A stretch of 57,130 bases of DNA, filler included, from Bipalium vagum (Eukaryota), in the NCBI GenBank assembly GCA_037834085.1. It is 3 parts of 3 records of this genome, joined end to end, with 100 filler letters (N's around TTAATTAATTAA, not from the genome) between each part and the next. Parts side by side here need not be neighbours in the genome. Positions count along the whole stretch, not along the records: positions 1 to 15,509 come from JBBMKC010153859.1; positions 15,610 to 36,577 come from JBBMKC010243709.1; 1 more part is not named here. One strand, 5' to 3'. Made by a program: the position numbers and the translations under genes. The notes beneath the pieces are model-generated. The model was given only the letters and a program-made list of their open reading frames with translations, was not told the origin of the DNA and did not search any database. Below, one piece after another: positions 11,561 to 25,167 of the stretch (the first letter of the stretch is position 1; every line of letters starts with the position of its first letter).

Positions 11561-12308
11561 AAAATTGGCAATTTTTTCGAAAAAAGAAGAAAATAATTAT
11601 CAAAAGAATTTATTTTTTGTTTTGAAGAGGAATTTCTCCAATAAATGCTTAAAACTTAATGTTTCACGCTCGAGTGATTTTTGAAATCACTGATCGAATT
11701 ATTTTCACAGTGAAACGGGGAAAATTAAATCGAGATTTGCTCTAAGTTTTATTTTTGCATTTTACACTTTTCCCAAGTTTTTCGTTTTTATTTGATGGGA
11801 GAAATCAGCGAAAGGGAGGACAGTTTTCAAAAACGGGAGTCCCACAAGGAATTGTCTTCTTGCCCTTCCTCCACGAAAGATGAAAATTTTACGAATAAAC
11901 GAAATGTATTTTAATAAAGATCCTTCGTTTTTGGCACTGTTTCAGTTTCATTCTTCGCTCCAGTTCTTCATTTTGAGCATTTGTTTGAATCAATTTATTC
12001 GTAGTTGTGTGTCCGTGTTGTGATTGGTCTAGTGGAAAAGGTTTCATGGTGTACATGTTGCTTCGAGACCCTGTAAGTGACAAGTATCCCAGGAAAACAA
12101 AGACGAAATATATCTTTTCTTAGTAGCCCTTTTATACAGTGTATCCGGTTTAATATCAACTCGCATATTGTCATGACCCGTTTAATATCACATACGAAAT
12201 GAACACATTTGCTTTATTCCATTAAAATGGATCCAAAGTTATATGAACCTTCTCCATGATGCCTCATCAATCTCATTCTCCGACCTCTCCTCTTTTTTAG
12301 TTCCTTAA

Positions 12309-12903
12309 TATTGCGAAATTTTGTTACGAGTAAAGAGTCTTCGTATTTTTGAGAAAAAGCTTAACTCAATTTTTTTTTATTATAAAACAATTTATTAAGC
12401 GAAACCTGCACTATTTGAACCAACGACTTTTCACTATCCCTCTTGTATTTTTAACATCCAATCCTTATAGAATTTCTGTGGTTTCAGATCGATAAACTCC
12501 TCCAGGTGCTTTTGGCAATCTTCTAAAAAACTGAAACTTTTTCCATGAAGAGAATTTGGTAAGAATCGGAATAAATAAAAATCTGATGGTGTCAGGTCTG
12601 GTGAGTAAGTGGGTTGGGGCAAAACATTCCCATACACTTCACAAATGTCTTTGGTCTACGTTGCATTTTATTTCTAACGAAAGTAAAGAACATCAAATAT
12701 TGATTATTGCCTTCATGTTTTTTCTATAAGTTCAGCTCATTACCATTTTTAAAGAATAATATATTTACAATACGCGCGCTGGTTTGAATATTAAAACAAA
12801 TATATATTTCTTATGTGTAAAATGTTGTCTACTTTCAATATTTTTCTTAATAATATTGATCACCCATATAAGATAACGAAAAGACGTTTTACTCGACCCA
12901 ATA
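12309..12903 (-). mobile_element. Internally deleted mariner element
   Basis: TIRs CGAGTAAAGAGTCTTCGT / ACGAAAAGACGTTTTACTCGACCCAATA. N-terminal DICEVYG is fused directly to C-terminal NVLPQPTYSPDLTPSDFYLF. Confidence 0.85.
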
Positions 12904-15509
12904 ATTAATTAATTTATAAGACAACTTTTAAAATGAAAGAATATTAAAAATACCAGTAAATAATAATGTAAATAAGAAATAAAATAAAAAAGTTATTTGA
13001 AAATTAAAAACCAAGACTCGCAATATCATAAGCTAATAACGTGCACCAATTAAAATTTCTAAATCTAAACTTGCTTTAGTGAATATTCGCAATTAGGTCG
13101 CACCGGTGAAGTTTAATCTCATTCCATGACAAGTGTTGTAAAGCAAAGGTAACTTTTCATAAAAGTGATGAAAGAAATTCTGATGATCATTACTGATTAA
13201 AGAAAGAAAGTCAGAAATCAATATTCATTTTGAAATCAATATACATTATAAAAAATCAATGAATCAACAATTTATTCTCAAATTAATTAAAGAAGAATTT
13301 TGATTTCTGTGAAAACTTTGAGGAATAAAAACACTTTACGTGGATAATTAAAAGGTAAGATATTAACCATTTTTGGTGAATGAAGAAGAACTGGTGAAAC
13401 ACGTTGGAAACATTTTTCGTGAACATAAATGTTTGAACTGATTTTGTTTTGAGCCGTTAAAAATTATTTTTGAAGGACTCTAATTTTTGGTGTGAAGAAA
13501 CCTTTTATTCTAAGGTTACATTGGGGAAAGATGATTGACAATTGAGAGAGGTGAGATTCCTTAAGATCTTTTCAGGACATATTCAGACGGCCTATCAGGC
13601 TTCAGAGATATCAAATTCTGAAAGAAATATTGATGAATCGGGGGTGGTAGGTTACGGAAAAGAAAAATAAAAAACAAAGACCACGGAGAAATTTATTTTG
13701 TTTTTATCTTATAAAAAGTGAAGCTGTGCGAGGGACGCTTCATGTATAAGTCAGCGAAACTTTGTCTTGTTTCACTGATTTCGTTTCAGTTGATGACAGT
13801 GGCTCTGGTGCCTTTGTAAATGTCTACCTGTTCGGTCGGCCATGATCCGTCATTCTCGTGGCTTTATACCCATCCTCATTAACTGACAGGAATCCCAGGC
13901 GGGCACCAACGTTGTTTTGAGACACCATGGAAAGCTTACAAAACAAACGAGCGAACATGATTTGATGTCTGCACTTTTGCTTGACGGAGTCAGGCGGAAA
14001 AAGGAGGATAAGGATACTTTACTTAACAAATCTTTTTATTAGTATTACCAGGGGAAGCAATCCACGAACAAGTCGTGCTAGATTGGTTTCAAACATAATT
14101 CACGACACACAATCCATGGAATGTCTAGACCTCGCTAACGAAACAGTCATTAATAAAGGTAACACGTCTTTCTTTTCTAAGCCTTCTGGACATTTTCAGA
14201 ACGGTTATTAGCGAGGAAATCTGGTATTCCCAGATCCGGGAATGATATTTACTGAGTGAAGGTTTCGTAGTATGGATCGTTCAACATTTCTAGCTTCAAA
14301 TCTGCATGGTTTGTCAAGACCCTCATCAGTAAGGTACCGATCTCCTGACATAATTTAGTGTTAGGTGACAATTAATAGACAGGAGATTTGAGCCTTTTTT
14401 TTCTCCCCTGGATCCGGAAATCAATGGTGGACCATACCATTTCTGCTTCACCAGATGACCTTTTGTTCTTAAATTTTTTACCAAAGGTTTTGGACCTACA
14501 ATCAGACCAGTCGATGTTATCATCCAGGATATAATGGTCACCGAGTACTGATCGGGAAACAGACCAGTCTTTATTTGGGAAAAAATAGGTCTCCTTAACG
14601 AAACTCTCTTTTTATTGATTTTGATTGAGCTACGAAACGACGAAATTCGCCGTATTTACATAAAATCGATAAATGTACATTGAGGTGGTTTCTTGTTGAA
14701 CAGCGAAATGGTAATTCTCCGATTGTGGTAATTCGCAATTGGTTTCCATGACAAATTTCTCTGAGGTTTAAACAAACACTGAGCAGTTGGGAATTCTGGT
14801 CAAGAGATTACCCTTTGCTTGAGTGACCTCGAGAACGTTTTGTCGATATTTCATTGGTTGAAAATGAAGCCGGTCAAGAAAACCACAATTTAAGAGTAAC
14901 AGAAAAAAATAAAAAATAAAAATAATAATAATTTTATTACTATTAAGAAATATTGAAAGGGCTTTGGAAACAAGGGAACACATTCCAAGCGACCAGGCTC
15001 GTATAATGAAGCCTCGCATTTATTAGTGGGTTTATGCACCACTCTGCAGGGGTCTACCTGGTATGTCAATATGTTCGAGAGTAAGTCATACGTATCCGCT
15101 CCCTGACCCCTGACCCCTGAAAACTGAAACCAAAATAATATTATTCTTGAAGGTAAAGACCGTCGGTTCCTGTGGTTATCTTCCACTCCTCTATCACTAT
15201 AATTTTAAATGGCACTTTACGGGGCAAGGCATTGAGTTGGGTTGATCAGATTTCAAAGGATCAACCAATCAAAAAACATCAAAATTTTGTTTTAATTAAA
15301 TCTTTTCATTTACATTTACTTCTTCCCGTTTTCAAATTGTTGAAGAAAACGAAAATAAAATATTTCGACAAAGGGTTTTTTGGTCTTCAAAGAAGAAAGA
15401 AAAAAAAGTTTGAGAAAAATCACAATTATTTGTTTAAGTATTAAGGTGGTTTCCATCGTTTATATCAGTAAAACAAAATTTATATATCGTCTTTTTGAGA
15501 TAATGCGTA

Positions 15510-15609
15510 NNNNNNNNNNNNNNNNNNNNNNNNNNNNNNNNNNNNNNNNNNNNTTAATTAATTAANNNNNNNNNNNNNNNNNNNNNNNNNNNNNNNNNNN
15601 NNNNNNNNN
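15510..15609. other. Artificial contig linker/gap
   Basis: 44 N + TTAATTAATTAA (stops in all six frames) + 44 N. Confidence 0.97.
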
Positions 15610-16719
15610 ATATAATAGTCATGTTCGAAGTTGTGCTGTTCTTATTGTCTTTTATACAGAATTTTATATTTTTATCAGGAGTCCTAAAATAATAAGATCC
15701 AATTTTTATTTAAAATCTTTCCTAATATTATAAATCAATAATTATAAAAATATAAATCGAAAGCTTAATATATTTACTTTAAAAATTATATATAGAAAAG
15801 CGATTATGCTTTACCATCAGCCTAAAATGAAATAATATGTAATGTAAACATTCGTATCTTTTCATTCATTAAACATCAACATGTAATTAGAATTTTTAAA
15901 AATAATGTCATCATTAATTTACTATGTAGTCGGTGCATTAGTTTGTCTTGCTTTTAAACAAATGTGATATTTACAGGAAATTATACATTAACCTATTTGA
16001 CGTTTTAGTGTGGATTATGTAAAGTACCTCTAGCTAAATTTTGTTATTTCAAAGAAAATTTATGAAGAATAAATACGGATAAATAAGAAAATTTTTAGGA
16101 ACATTATGTATTTTATTTTAAGAAGGGCAATAATTCTTCAAATATCCTTAACAACATCGTTAGCTACACAATAATTTTACATGTGACTACTTTTTATGAC
16201 ATCAGAACCTCAGACAGGTGCATCTGATCAACTCTTTTTTGCTTCATCTGAAATCATCATTAAATCTTCGAAATTCTGAATAAAATTTGTTTAGATTGCT
16301 CTAAAGCAGTGGTAAGAAATTTTCGTTCTAGTTCATATTTTGGTTTTCTTTCAGATTTTTGAAGGTCATTTTTAGTCAGAAACTTTTAAAATTATACACC
16401 TTACAGAGATGAAGACAGATCATCTAACAAAACAGAAAATATTGTATTGATAAAATATGTATTTTAATAACATTTATTCCACAAATTTAGTATTGATTGT
16501 AGGACTGATATTTCGTTCTTTTAATTAAATTCCAATGACTTTATTATGACTACTGATTTATTTCATCATAAAAGATTAAAATTTTGATTTACACTTATTT
16601 TTATTTATCCAGACTGAGTTTTTATCATTTCTGACAAATATTTGAATTAAAGTGTTTTTCGAAATATTTAGTAATAATTTAAAAAGGTTTAATTGACTTT
16701 TCAGAAATATTTTGTCGTA

Positions 16720-17770
16720 ATAGTGAAAAATGAAAAAAGAGGGAAATGTATAATCGCGTAGCAGACGAAGTCAGAGTCATTATGTAAAAGAAATATGATT
16801 CAGGGTGTGAGATAAACTGAAAATTAGTTGGGAGATGTAGCTCAGCCGTCAGTGCAGTTCATGCGCATGTGAAAGATTCTGGGTTTTCATTTAACACAGG
16901 AAACCAATATCTGTAATCCAAACTGATTTGGAGTTTCTTTACGATACCATTATTAAGATAATAAGAACATATAAGTCAACACAGGGTTATGTCAAATTCT
17001 TGTGAAAAAATCATTAATAAAAGAATAAATAAAGATTGTACTGTACTTGCAAATTCTCGAATTTGCAAGAAAAATTATTCACTGAAATTTTTTTTTAGCG
17101 TATAAATATCTACTCTGAACAAAAGATTTCACGAATTTGAGTAAAATTTTAAAAGGAATTCATCGGTTATTGAAAGAATAAATACTTTAAATGTTATGGA
17201 ATAGATTTGATTATGTAAGGAAAATAATATTTTGCGAAAATTAAAAATAAAGTTTATTGATGAGATTGGAGTAAATATTTCAATGAGAAAGATATGATAA
17301 AGCATCTGTGGATGGATATTCCAAGAAAAATAGTACTAGTATATAGAGTAAAAAAATTTTATTTGTGCAGCAATTTTAGTGGACATGGTGTTATGGTATG
17401 AAGATAGTGATAAGCTATATAATTCCATCAAATTTTGTGATTACTTGGGGAAATTGATAAGTAATCTTAGTCAAAATATAGTAGAAATGATGATTGCATA
17501 TGATAATGGTTTTTTCCATAAAGCGAGATATTAAAGGTTTAGCATAAAATAATGATTAATATCTGTATTTCTCACAACCTTTTATAGTTCACGATTGAAC
17601 TAGATTGAGGAAGCCTTTACTTTATGGAAGAATAAAATAAAATCTCTAAACTGTACAGATAGTGAAAGTTTATGTCATAAATACTTTTATAACATTCGAA
17701 AATTGTAATGGGTTTTTTCACCATGTGTTTATTTCTTAGCAAGGCCTTGACAAGAAAGCCACTTTAATGA
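16720..17770 (+). mobile_element. Degenerate IS630/Tc1-type (DDE) transposase, interrupted by the tRNA-containing element
   Basis: HTH-like YNRVADEVRVIM*KKYDSG|KPISVIQTDLEFLYDTIIKIIRTYK; catalytic FIDEIG, AYDNGFFHK and YSSRLN*IEEAFTLWK. Confidence 0.7.
16806..16896 (+). mobile_element. tRNA(Ala)-like-containing TG...CA element (putative solo LTR), internally deleted copy
   Basis: TGTGAGATA...TTTTCATTTAACA, flanked by CAGGG / CAGG(A). Colinear with 56941-57054 but lacks the 3' half of the T arm and the acceptor 3' strand. Confidence 0.8.
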
Positions 17771-19885
17771 ATTTATATCCATTTTTGTGTATGTTTAGAA
17801 ATATAGTGTTATTATCATTCTGAAATATTTTTAAATAATCAATGAAAAATTTTTGATTATGTTAAAATATTTATAAATAATATGTAAAATATTTCGAAAT
17901 ACCTTGTATCAACCTTATTCTTATTATTACAAAGGAAATAGCATTATTATAATAATAGTTGAGAGTGTAGTGTTTTGATAGTATATTTTCTATCGATTAA
18001 ATTAAAAAAAATTGATTTTTAATAATTTCAATTTTTCCTGATAAATGTGTGATCAACTAATTTTAATTTCAGCTCAATTTGATTTTAGCCTGTGAATTAT
18101 TGATCTTAAGCTTTATTGCTTTTAATGTTCTTAAATGCTTTTAATAAAAAACCTATTCTGAAATTTTATTTTAAAATATCAGGACATGCTTTAAACAAAC
18201 GTGATTTAACTGTTTATATGCACAGTCAATTCAATGTTCAGAAATTCATATTTATTTTAAACCATTTTTTTGTTTTAATATTATCTAAGTGTGTAATTTT
18301 TTTTACTGTCATATCTCGGACTTCAATCAATAATTTTTAAATTTTTAAAAATTTATTTTATAAAGATCATTTTTAAAAATTCTGAATTTTAAGGTATTTT
18401 CATATTTTATGTACACATTTGTTATTTTTACGTTTTGGAATAAAAGAAAACTATCAGATTCTGAATTTATCAAATTTATTTTTTGAGATAAAATAATTTT
18501 GTTTAATGTTATTAAGTTCTTAGTATTGTTAAAAGTAGAAATTATTTTAATTCGAAAATACTATGAACAGTTTCACCATATTTACATTTTATAATGATTT
18601 CATAACACAAAATAAAAGAATATGAAAACTGAAATCAATTAATATTAAACAAGTCATAATTTAAATTATTTTGATTTAAAAAAATTATTAAAAATTGATT
18701 TTTAAAATATTTTAATGATAAAATATTAATCGATTATATAATGTTGAAGATATTCAAAATTTGTTAAAACGCTTTAACATTTGATTTTCGTAAATATTCC
18801 AGTATAACACACGGGATATAAATTAATTATAACATTAAAGAAAAGTTAAAGTTGAGAATTTAACGATTGTATCAATTTCAAAAATGATTTGTTCTAGTAG
18901 ATTTAGTCCAAAGCCATCCTTCAAAGCTACTGTCCTTCTGTTTTCCTACAAATACACTAGTTCATCAATGTCAATACCTCATCTCCAGAATTTACATCAT
19001 TTTTATAAATGTCTTCCGTTTCATATATAGCAGATATGATATTTGAAATCATAGCATGGAAATTCTTAATTTTGTATTTGCAATGTATTGGCTTATTAAT
19101 ATTATGATATTTAAAATATTAATTAGTTAGAAAATAAGTAAAAGGACTCTAAATATTATAAAATTTAATAACAATTTTTAATAATAATAATTAATATTTC
19201 TGTTTTATTTAAATGTTGAATCCAAATGGTTTGACAAAAGATGTTTGAATATTCAGATTTTTTATGTTGGAAACTTTAAACTTAGACTTATGGGTGGGTT
19301 AACATCTAATAGGTGTTACTGCGGCAACCACACTTATGCCAATTTTTTGGAATTACTTTTGTATCATTTCTGTCTGTATTAATTCTAATACATTTTTGAT
19401 GCACTAGAGAACTAGAGTTATATTTTGTCTTTGTGTTAGCACAGACTTGGTTGTTATGACATTAGAGCATATCCACTCATCACATTAGACAAAACCTGTC
19501 TTTAAATGATTTTTTTAAAATATTTTTTACTGAAATATCAAGAATATAAGTCGACCATTGAATTTTCATCTTACTTTTTGGTCGCAAATGCCTTGTTATA
19601 CTCGAGAATCTGCTGTCTGTACTATTTAATTATATATTTGATGAATTATAATTAATGTTTATACATTATGATAATAGTTTATAAATTAAAAATTAATTAA
19701 CTTAATAAATTAAATATTTATTCTAATATTTATAGAATTTGCACCAATCGGGATTCGTTTGATATTTATTTTTGAATGAATGGATTTCTTTAATCTGTTT
19801 ACATTGAAAATTTCTGGAATTATAAAAATGAACAACTTCATGATTTTTCTCTGATTATAAATACAGATAGTTTAATTTAATACAG

Positions 19886-20359
19886 TCTGGAACAGTTGCC
19901 AAAGATGGTAGAACATCCTTGTGCGCTACTTCGCCAGCATTTCTAGATCAGCTCTTTCCTGCCCCAGTCGATTTGATTCGTGCTATGTCTGTGGATTCTG
20001 GTGTGCAATCCGTTTCAACTCCATTCGTATCACAAAGAAATTTTATGACTATGAGTATCGCTGACAGCGAAGATTCTCTGAGCTCCGTTATAAGTGGAGG
20101 AAATTTCCTTCATTCGGGCCCAGGAGCAATTCATCAGCCATCAGAAAATAAAGCCAATTTGTGCTCGGGTCTTAATTCAAGAAAACTATTTAGAAGAAGA
20201 CAGCGCAATTATTCCGATGGTTCTGACATTGATGCTTCTTTGGTGTCATATGAAGAACATTTGGCTGCATACCATTCGATGAGAGAAAATCAGAAACCTT
20301 CAAGTGCCACGCATCCAACAAATCTTGATCAAGAAATAGGACATTCGATCTTGGCCCAA
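19886..20359 (+). CDS. EEF2K: Eukaryotic elongation factor 2 kinase, linker (regulatory) exon
   Basis: tacag|TCT...CAA|gtaagt, 474 nt, phase 0. Contains DSGVQS and ends LDQEIGHSILAQ (cf. eEF2K LEKKIGKSILGK). Confidence 0.88.
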
Positions 20360-20531
20360 GTAAGTTTTTTGACATTGTTTTCTAATAATTTAAATTATTA
20401 ATAATTTTATTTATATTAATTAATTTTAATCAAGTAATAATCAAATAATGTTTTAGGTGCAATGGTTAATTAATTCTGAGTTATTGATGAACACTACAGA
20501 AACTCAATCTACCTATATATTAAATAAAATA

Positions 20532-21012
20532 CAGGATGTCACACTTATCTTTATAACTTTGGCACTATATAAAATCTGTTCTACTAATTCGAATTCAATA
20601 ATATTTTGATATATATAGTTTATTTTATGAAGTTTTGACCAATTAGTTTTCATTGAAAAACAAATTTCAGTTTAAAGACAATAGAATTTTTTTGAAAATC
20701 TGAAATTTGCTTAACTACATCATTTAAATTCAATTTAATCAAGACAAATCGAATTCATTTGTTTCATTATGTATTATTTTATCAATAATATTGTTTCATA
20801 ACATGTAACTAGTATGAAAGGCACAAAAGTATTGGCATGGTATCGGAAATTGTGAAAATGGTGGAGCTCATGTTGAGTTTTCCAAATAATGAAATATTTT
20901 GTTATGTTTTAAGGTATATATTTACAGACTCAGTTTCTTCTGTCTACGGTAAATTTTTTTGGGGCATTTTACAGAGGTCGACAAGTTGTATCGAGATAAG
21001 TGAGACACCCTG
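20532..21012. mobile_element. Tc1/mariner MITE (intronic)
   Basis: TIRs CAGGATGTCACACTTATCT / AGATAAGTGAGACACCCTG; TA on the left. Confidence 0.8.
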
Positions 21013-22557
21013 TTAATCCAAATGCAAAATTTTGGATCAAAATAGACTATTCTAAATTATAATCTCTAGTGTACTATTTTTGATGAATATTTATTAAATT
21101 AAGTAACTAGCGATTATTTCGCATTTATAATTATTATATTAATGTCAATTTAATGCCACTAATTTCAAATGTAAAATGTTGTCCCTCTAATATTTCATTT
21201 TTTGGGAACCAGGAATTTTGAAGAAATGAAAATTTTATTTTATCATTTGTTCCTCTACTTGAAAATATTTATTGAATTTTTATGAATGTATTTAGATACT
21301 CGAAGTAATTAAATGAAACGAAATTTTCCTGCTAAAAGTGGTGTCTTGATATCTTTTTATATTTTAATTGGATTTTGATTTTTTTATTTTATTACTGTAA
21401 ATTTTTATATTTTTGATCTAACATAATTTTTTTAGTTCAACTTAATTTAAAATTGAAAACTAAATTCTATATTAAACTGTCTTTGAAAGTTTTTGTTTAA
21501 ATACATTATTTTAAATATCTTAAAGAATAAACAGCTTAAAGAATTATTTTTTAAAGTAGATTCATTATTAAAATTATTTAATTTAAAATGTTATGTTTCA
21601 AAGAAACAATCAATAAACGGATAAGATACTATACCATAGCCTAAAATAATGTACTTAAACAAAAGTTTCAAAGATTGTTTTACCCGTTTTCTAAAAAATA
21701 ATTAATTGATATTAAACTGAAAATATAAAGTGAAATAACTTGATAGAAGCTTTCTTAAACCATATTCACAAACTTTGAGTGGCCTTCACACAATAATTTT
21801 TAAATTTTTGAATGGACTTAAAATAATATCATATTTATTAACTTAAATAATGTAACCTTATTTTCGGGTCACTTACTTGAAAATCTTTTTAATATGTACA
21901 CATTTTAGAATTGTCACAAAACGAAGGAAACTTGTGGAAATATTTTGAAAAGTTCAAATAAGAATTATGTAAATGTAAAAATAAAAAAGCACTCCAGTAA
22001 ATTAATAGTTATAATTGGAAATAATAAGTAACCAAATATTTTATTAAAAATTCTTAATCCTCTTCTTTTTATTATTTATTGATAATATTAAATAAAAAGA
22101 TTCATTCACAAAATTCTTGTCAAGGAAATTTAGTACCAAATAATGGTTACATGTTGATTTATTACAATTAAGAAATTGTGTCTTTTATTTAGTTATATTT
22201 TCTCATGTTTTCAAAAATCAATTTTCTGAATTATTACTTTTAAGAAAATCTTTAATGGAAAATATGATATTGTTATTGATTTTAAAAATAAAGGCATATC
22301 CCATTGAAACTTGAAATTTCCAATAAGATTGCATTGAAAATTTTTCCAAATATAAATTTTCACTTACAAAAATCTTTTTAAAAAACATTTACTAAGTAAT
22401 CTTAAGATTGAAGAAGACCAAATGCTTTTAATGAATGGTAAATTGTTACATAAAATATTAAAATCCATATAAAGAATTTTGATAATAAAGGAGAATGGAA
22501 TATCAGGAAAGAAAAGAATACATTAAGTAATGGTGTTAAATTCAGCAAGAATTACTA

Positions 22558-22745
22558 CAGGGTGTTTCATAAGTAACTGACATTTTTTAAATGAATGATT
22601 TATTATTAAATTTATTATTATTATTATTTTCCATGCGTAAATTTTATGTCTAATTAAATTTTTGTAGAAAAAATCTGTCTTAGTTTTCATTTTTATAAAA
22701 AGATATTTAAAAAATAAAATAGTCAGTTACTTATGAAACACCCTG
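22558..22745. mobile_element. Tc1/mariner MITE, 188 bp (intronic)
   Basis: Perfect 24-bp TIR CAGGGTGTTTCATAAGTAACTGAC; TA target duplication on both sides. Confidence 0.93.
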
Positions 22746-25131
22746 TAGATTAGTTATGTAAAGAAAAACATTATTGTTGAAGATATGATGTTTTAAACAG
22801 TCCGGAATCAAATTAAGAATGGAACTCAGAACTTTTTCCTTAAACTCTGTTTTAGTTTTTTGAGAATAGACATGTTAAATATGAATAGACATATGAATGA
22901 ATACTATCTTTGATTTATTCGGTTACCAGACTTATAGGGTTAACGCCTTAAATTTCTTTCTAGTAAATTTATTTATTTTCTTTTCAAAAATTACATTTTT
23001 TCATTTTTATACGTTTTAATGTGTTTCGAATTTTGTACCAATTAACATTAGAAGATTTTATGAAAAATTTATAAATATTTACCTTTCTTGCTTAAATTGA
23101 GAATCAATAATTTTTTCCTGAATAATTAAATATTGATAATAATTATTAAATAGCTCGTTAATGAAATAATATTTACTCTATTTATTGGAAGCAGTGATAA
23201 GAAATTATCTTAACTAAGAACTTAAAAATAGATTTTTTTTCTTTCAATGATGGCAGCTGACGATGAATATAAATATTAACTTTTGTCTATGAAATCGTCT
23301 TTAATTGATAATATTGATTAAATTTAATTTAAGGGTTCAATTATGATGATGACAATACGAATATAAGATATTAATTAACATAAAAATAATATTTGTATTA
23401 TTTTTTCATTATTTTATAATTGATAATAATATTTCATTAAAAAATTCGTTATTTTTGAAAGTTTTGAAAATTAAAAGCATCGAATAATGTTTGATTAAAA
23501 ATTATTAACATATATAATTATTATATAATTCAATTGATTTTTAAAGCAGAATTTTAGAAAAATTTAAGGATTATTGTCTGAAAAGTACTTTAGAAGCACT
23601 CAGATTTTTATACACAATGATTTACATTTAATTGATATTAAATGCTTGTATTAAACTTTCACACAATCAAAATCTATTATAAATATAATTACCATTATAA
23701 TAAATATAAAAAGAAAATAAAGAATATAAAGTTTGATTATTTTAATTAATAACGAAAAATTATTAAGTTAGATTTTTCAGTTTTTGTTGTCCCTAAATAG
23801 GTAATTTTATTCATATGAACTGAACAGCTGAATTCAATGACTTGATATATTGGTCTTCTTAATATTTAATTAAAATAAATATATGAATAAAAAGTTTTTT
23901 CCGAAACGATTATAGAGTTACAGCCAAAATTTTTTTACGTCATCCTTTATAACGTCACCTGTCGGGATCAGGATTTTATGACGTTAAAGAAGGTTTGACA
24001 TTATTGAGAGGGATAATTATATTTTATTGTATTATGTATTAGTTATATATTAGTTTTTCTATGAAGTACTTCATAATTTCATAAAATGTTTAATATTTTT
24101 CAATTCAACATGCACGGCTGACCGTCGATAAGATAACATTTTACTGAACTAATCCATTTATTTATTGATAAACTGTAATTATCACAGACTAAATCATGTG
24201 AGTTATTTCTGAGAATTTAATAATTCTTACTTATTAGATCTTGTGTATCTGAATTTCATTTAATGATCATAGCAAAAATGTCATAATAATTGTACACCAA
24301 TAATTATTATACACTATTGTTTTAAGAAACTTATAATTTATAAAATCTGTATATTATTACGTAATTTTAAAAAGGATATCCTAAGTATTATGGTAATCTG
24401 TTAAAAATATTTTGCTTATTAAAATCTCTTTTTATTAGTGTATTTATTAGAAATGAATGTCTATATAAATACGAGGAGTTTAAAAAAGTTTCTGTTTTTC
24501 GGAGCTAATGTTTTAAAATTCTATTCATATGCATAGAAAAACGGTTACAAATATCTCTATTTGTGATAAAGGAAGATCCTATAAATGACTGAATGAAGCA
24601 GTCCAAGTAATTGTAGTTAACGAGATTTTTGTATGAAATATAATTAACTCAAAAAATATGATATAAAGAAAAATTAACAAGAATAATAATAAATAATAAT
24701 TTTTTTAACAAGAAAAATAAGATTGGCTTAGATTGTTAAAATTTTTTAAAAATTCAAAATGAAAGGTTACATTTGTTTTCATATATTTTATCACCTGGTA
24801 TCAGTGAATGTGAAAATATTCGTGGTTTTTTAAAAATATTATTTATATTATACTTTAATTGTAAAGAATTTGAGATTATTTTAAAATATATTTATATATT
24901 CTTTTCAATTAAATTCGGTTGAATGACAATTTGAAACAAGGTGTGTCGGATAAAGGTCATTATCATAGAGGTTAGAGTGATTTTTTTCAAATTTATTATC
25001 AAATCATATTTGGGTTAAAATGGAAATTTTTGAGACTTAACTAAATAAAATTGACTTTAACCACCAATTTTTATTTTATTTAATTTTAAAATAAGAAATT
25101 TTTGAAGAATAAATATTTTTTAAAATAATGC

Positions 25132-25167
<36 letters not shown>

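Noticed and set aside
14285-14330. Hammerhead ribozyme core (minus-strand CTGATGA)
   Set aside because: No GAAA closing stem II at the right position, and no stems I or III.
14629-14895. Selenoprotein or readthrough frame (two in-frame TGA)
   Set aside because: No recognisable selenoprotein context or SECIS; decay of a pseudogene is simpler.
15554-15565. TTAATTAATTAA palindrome as a biological site
   Set aside because: Centred within N runs and repeated identically at 36622-36633; it is an assembly linker.
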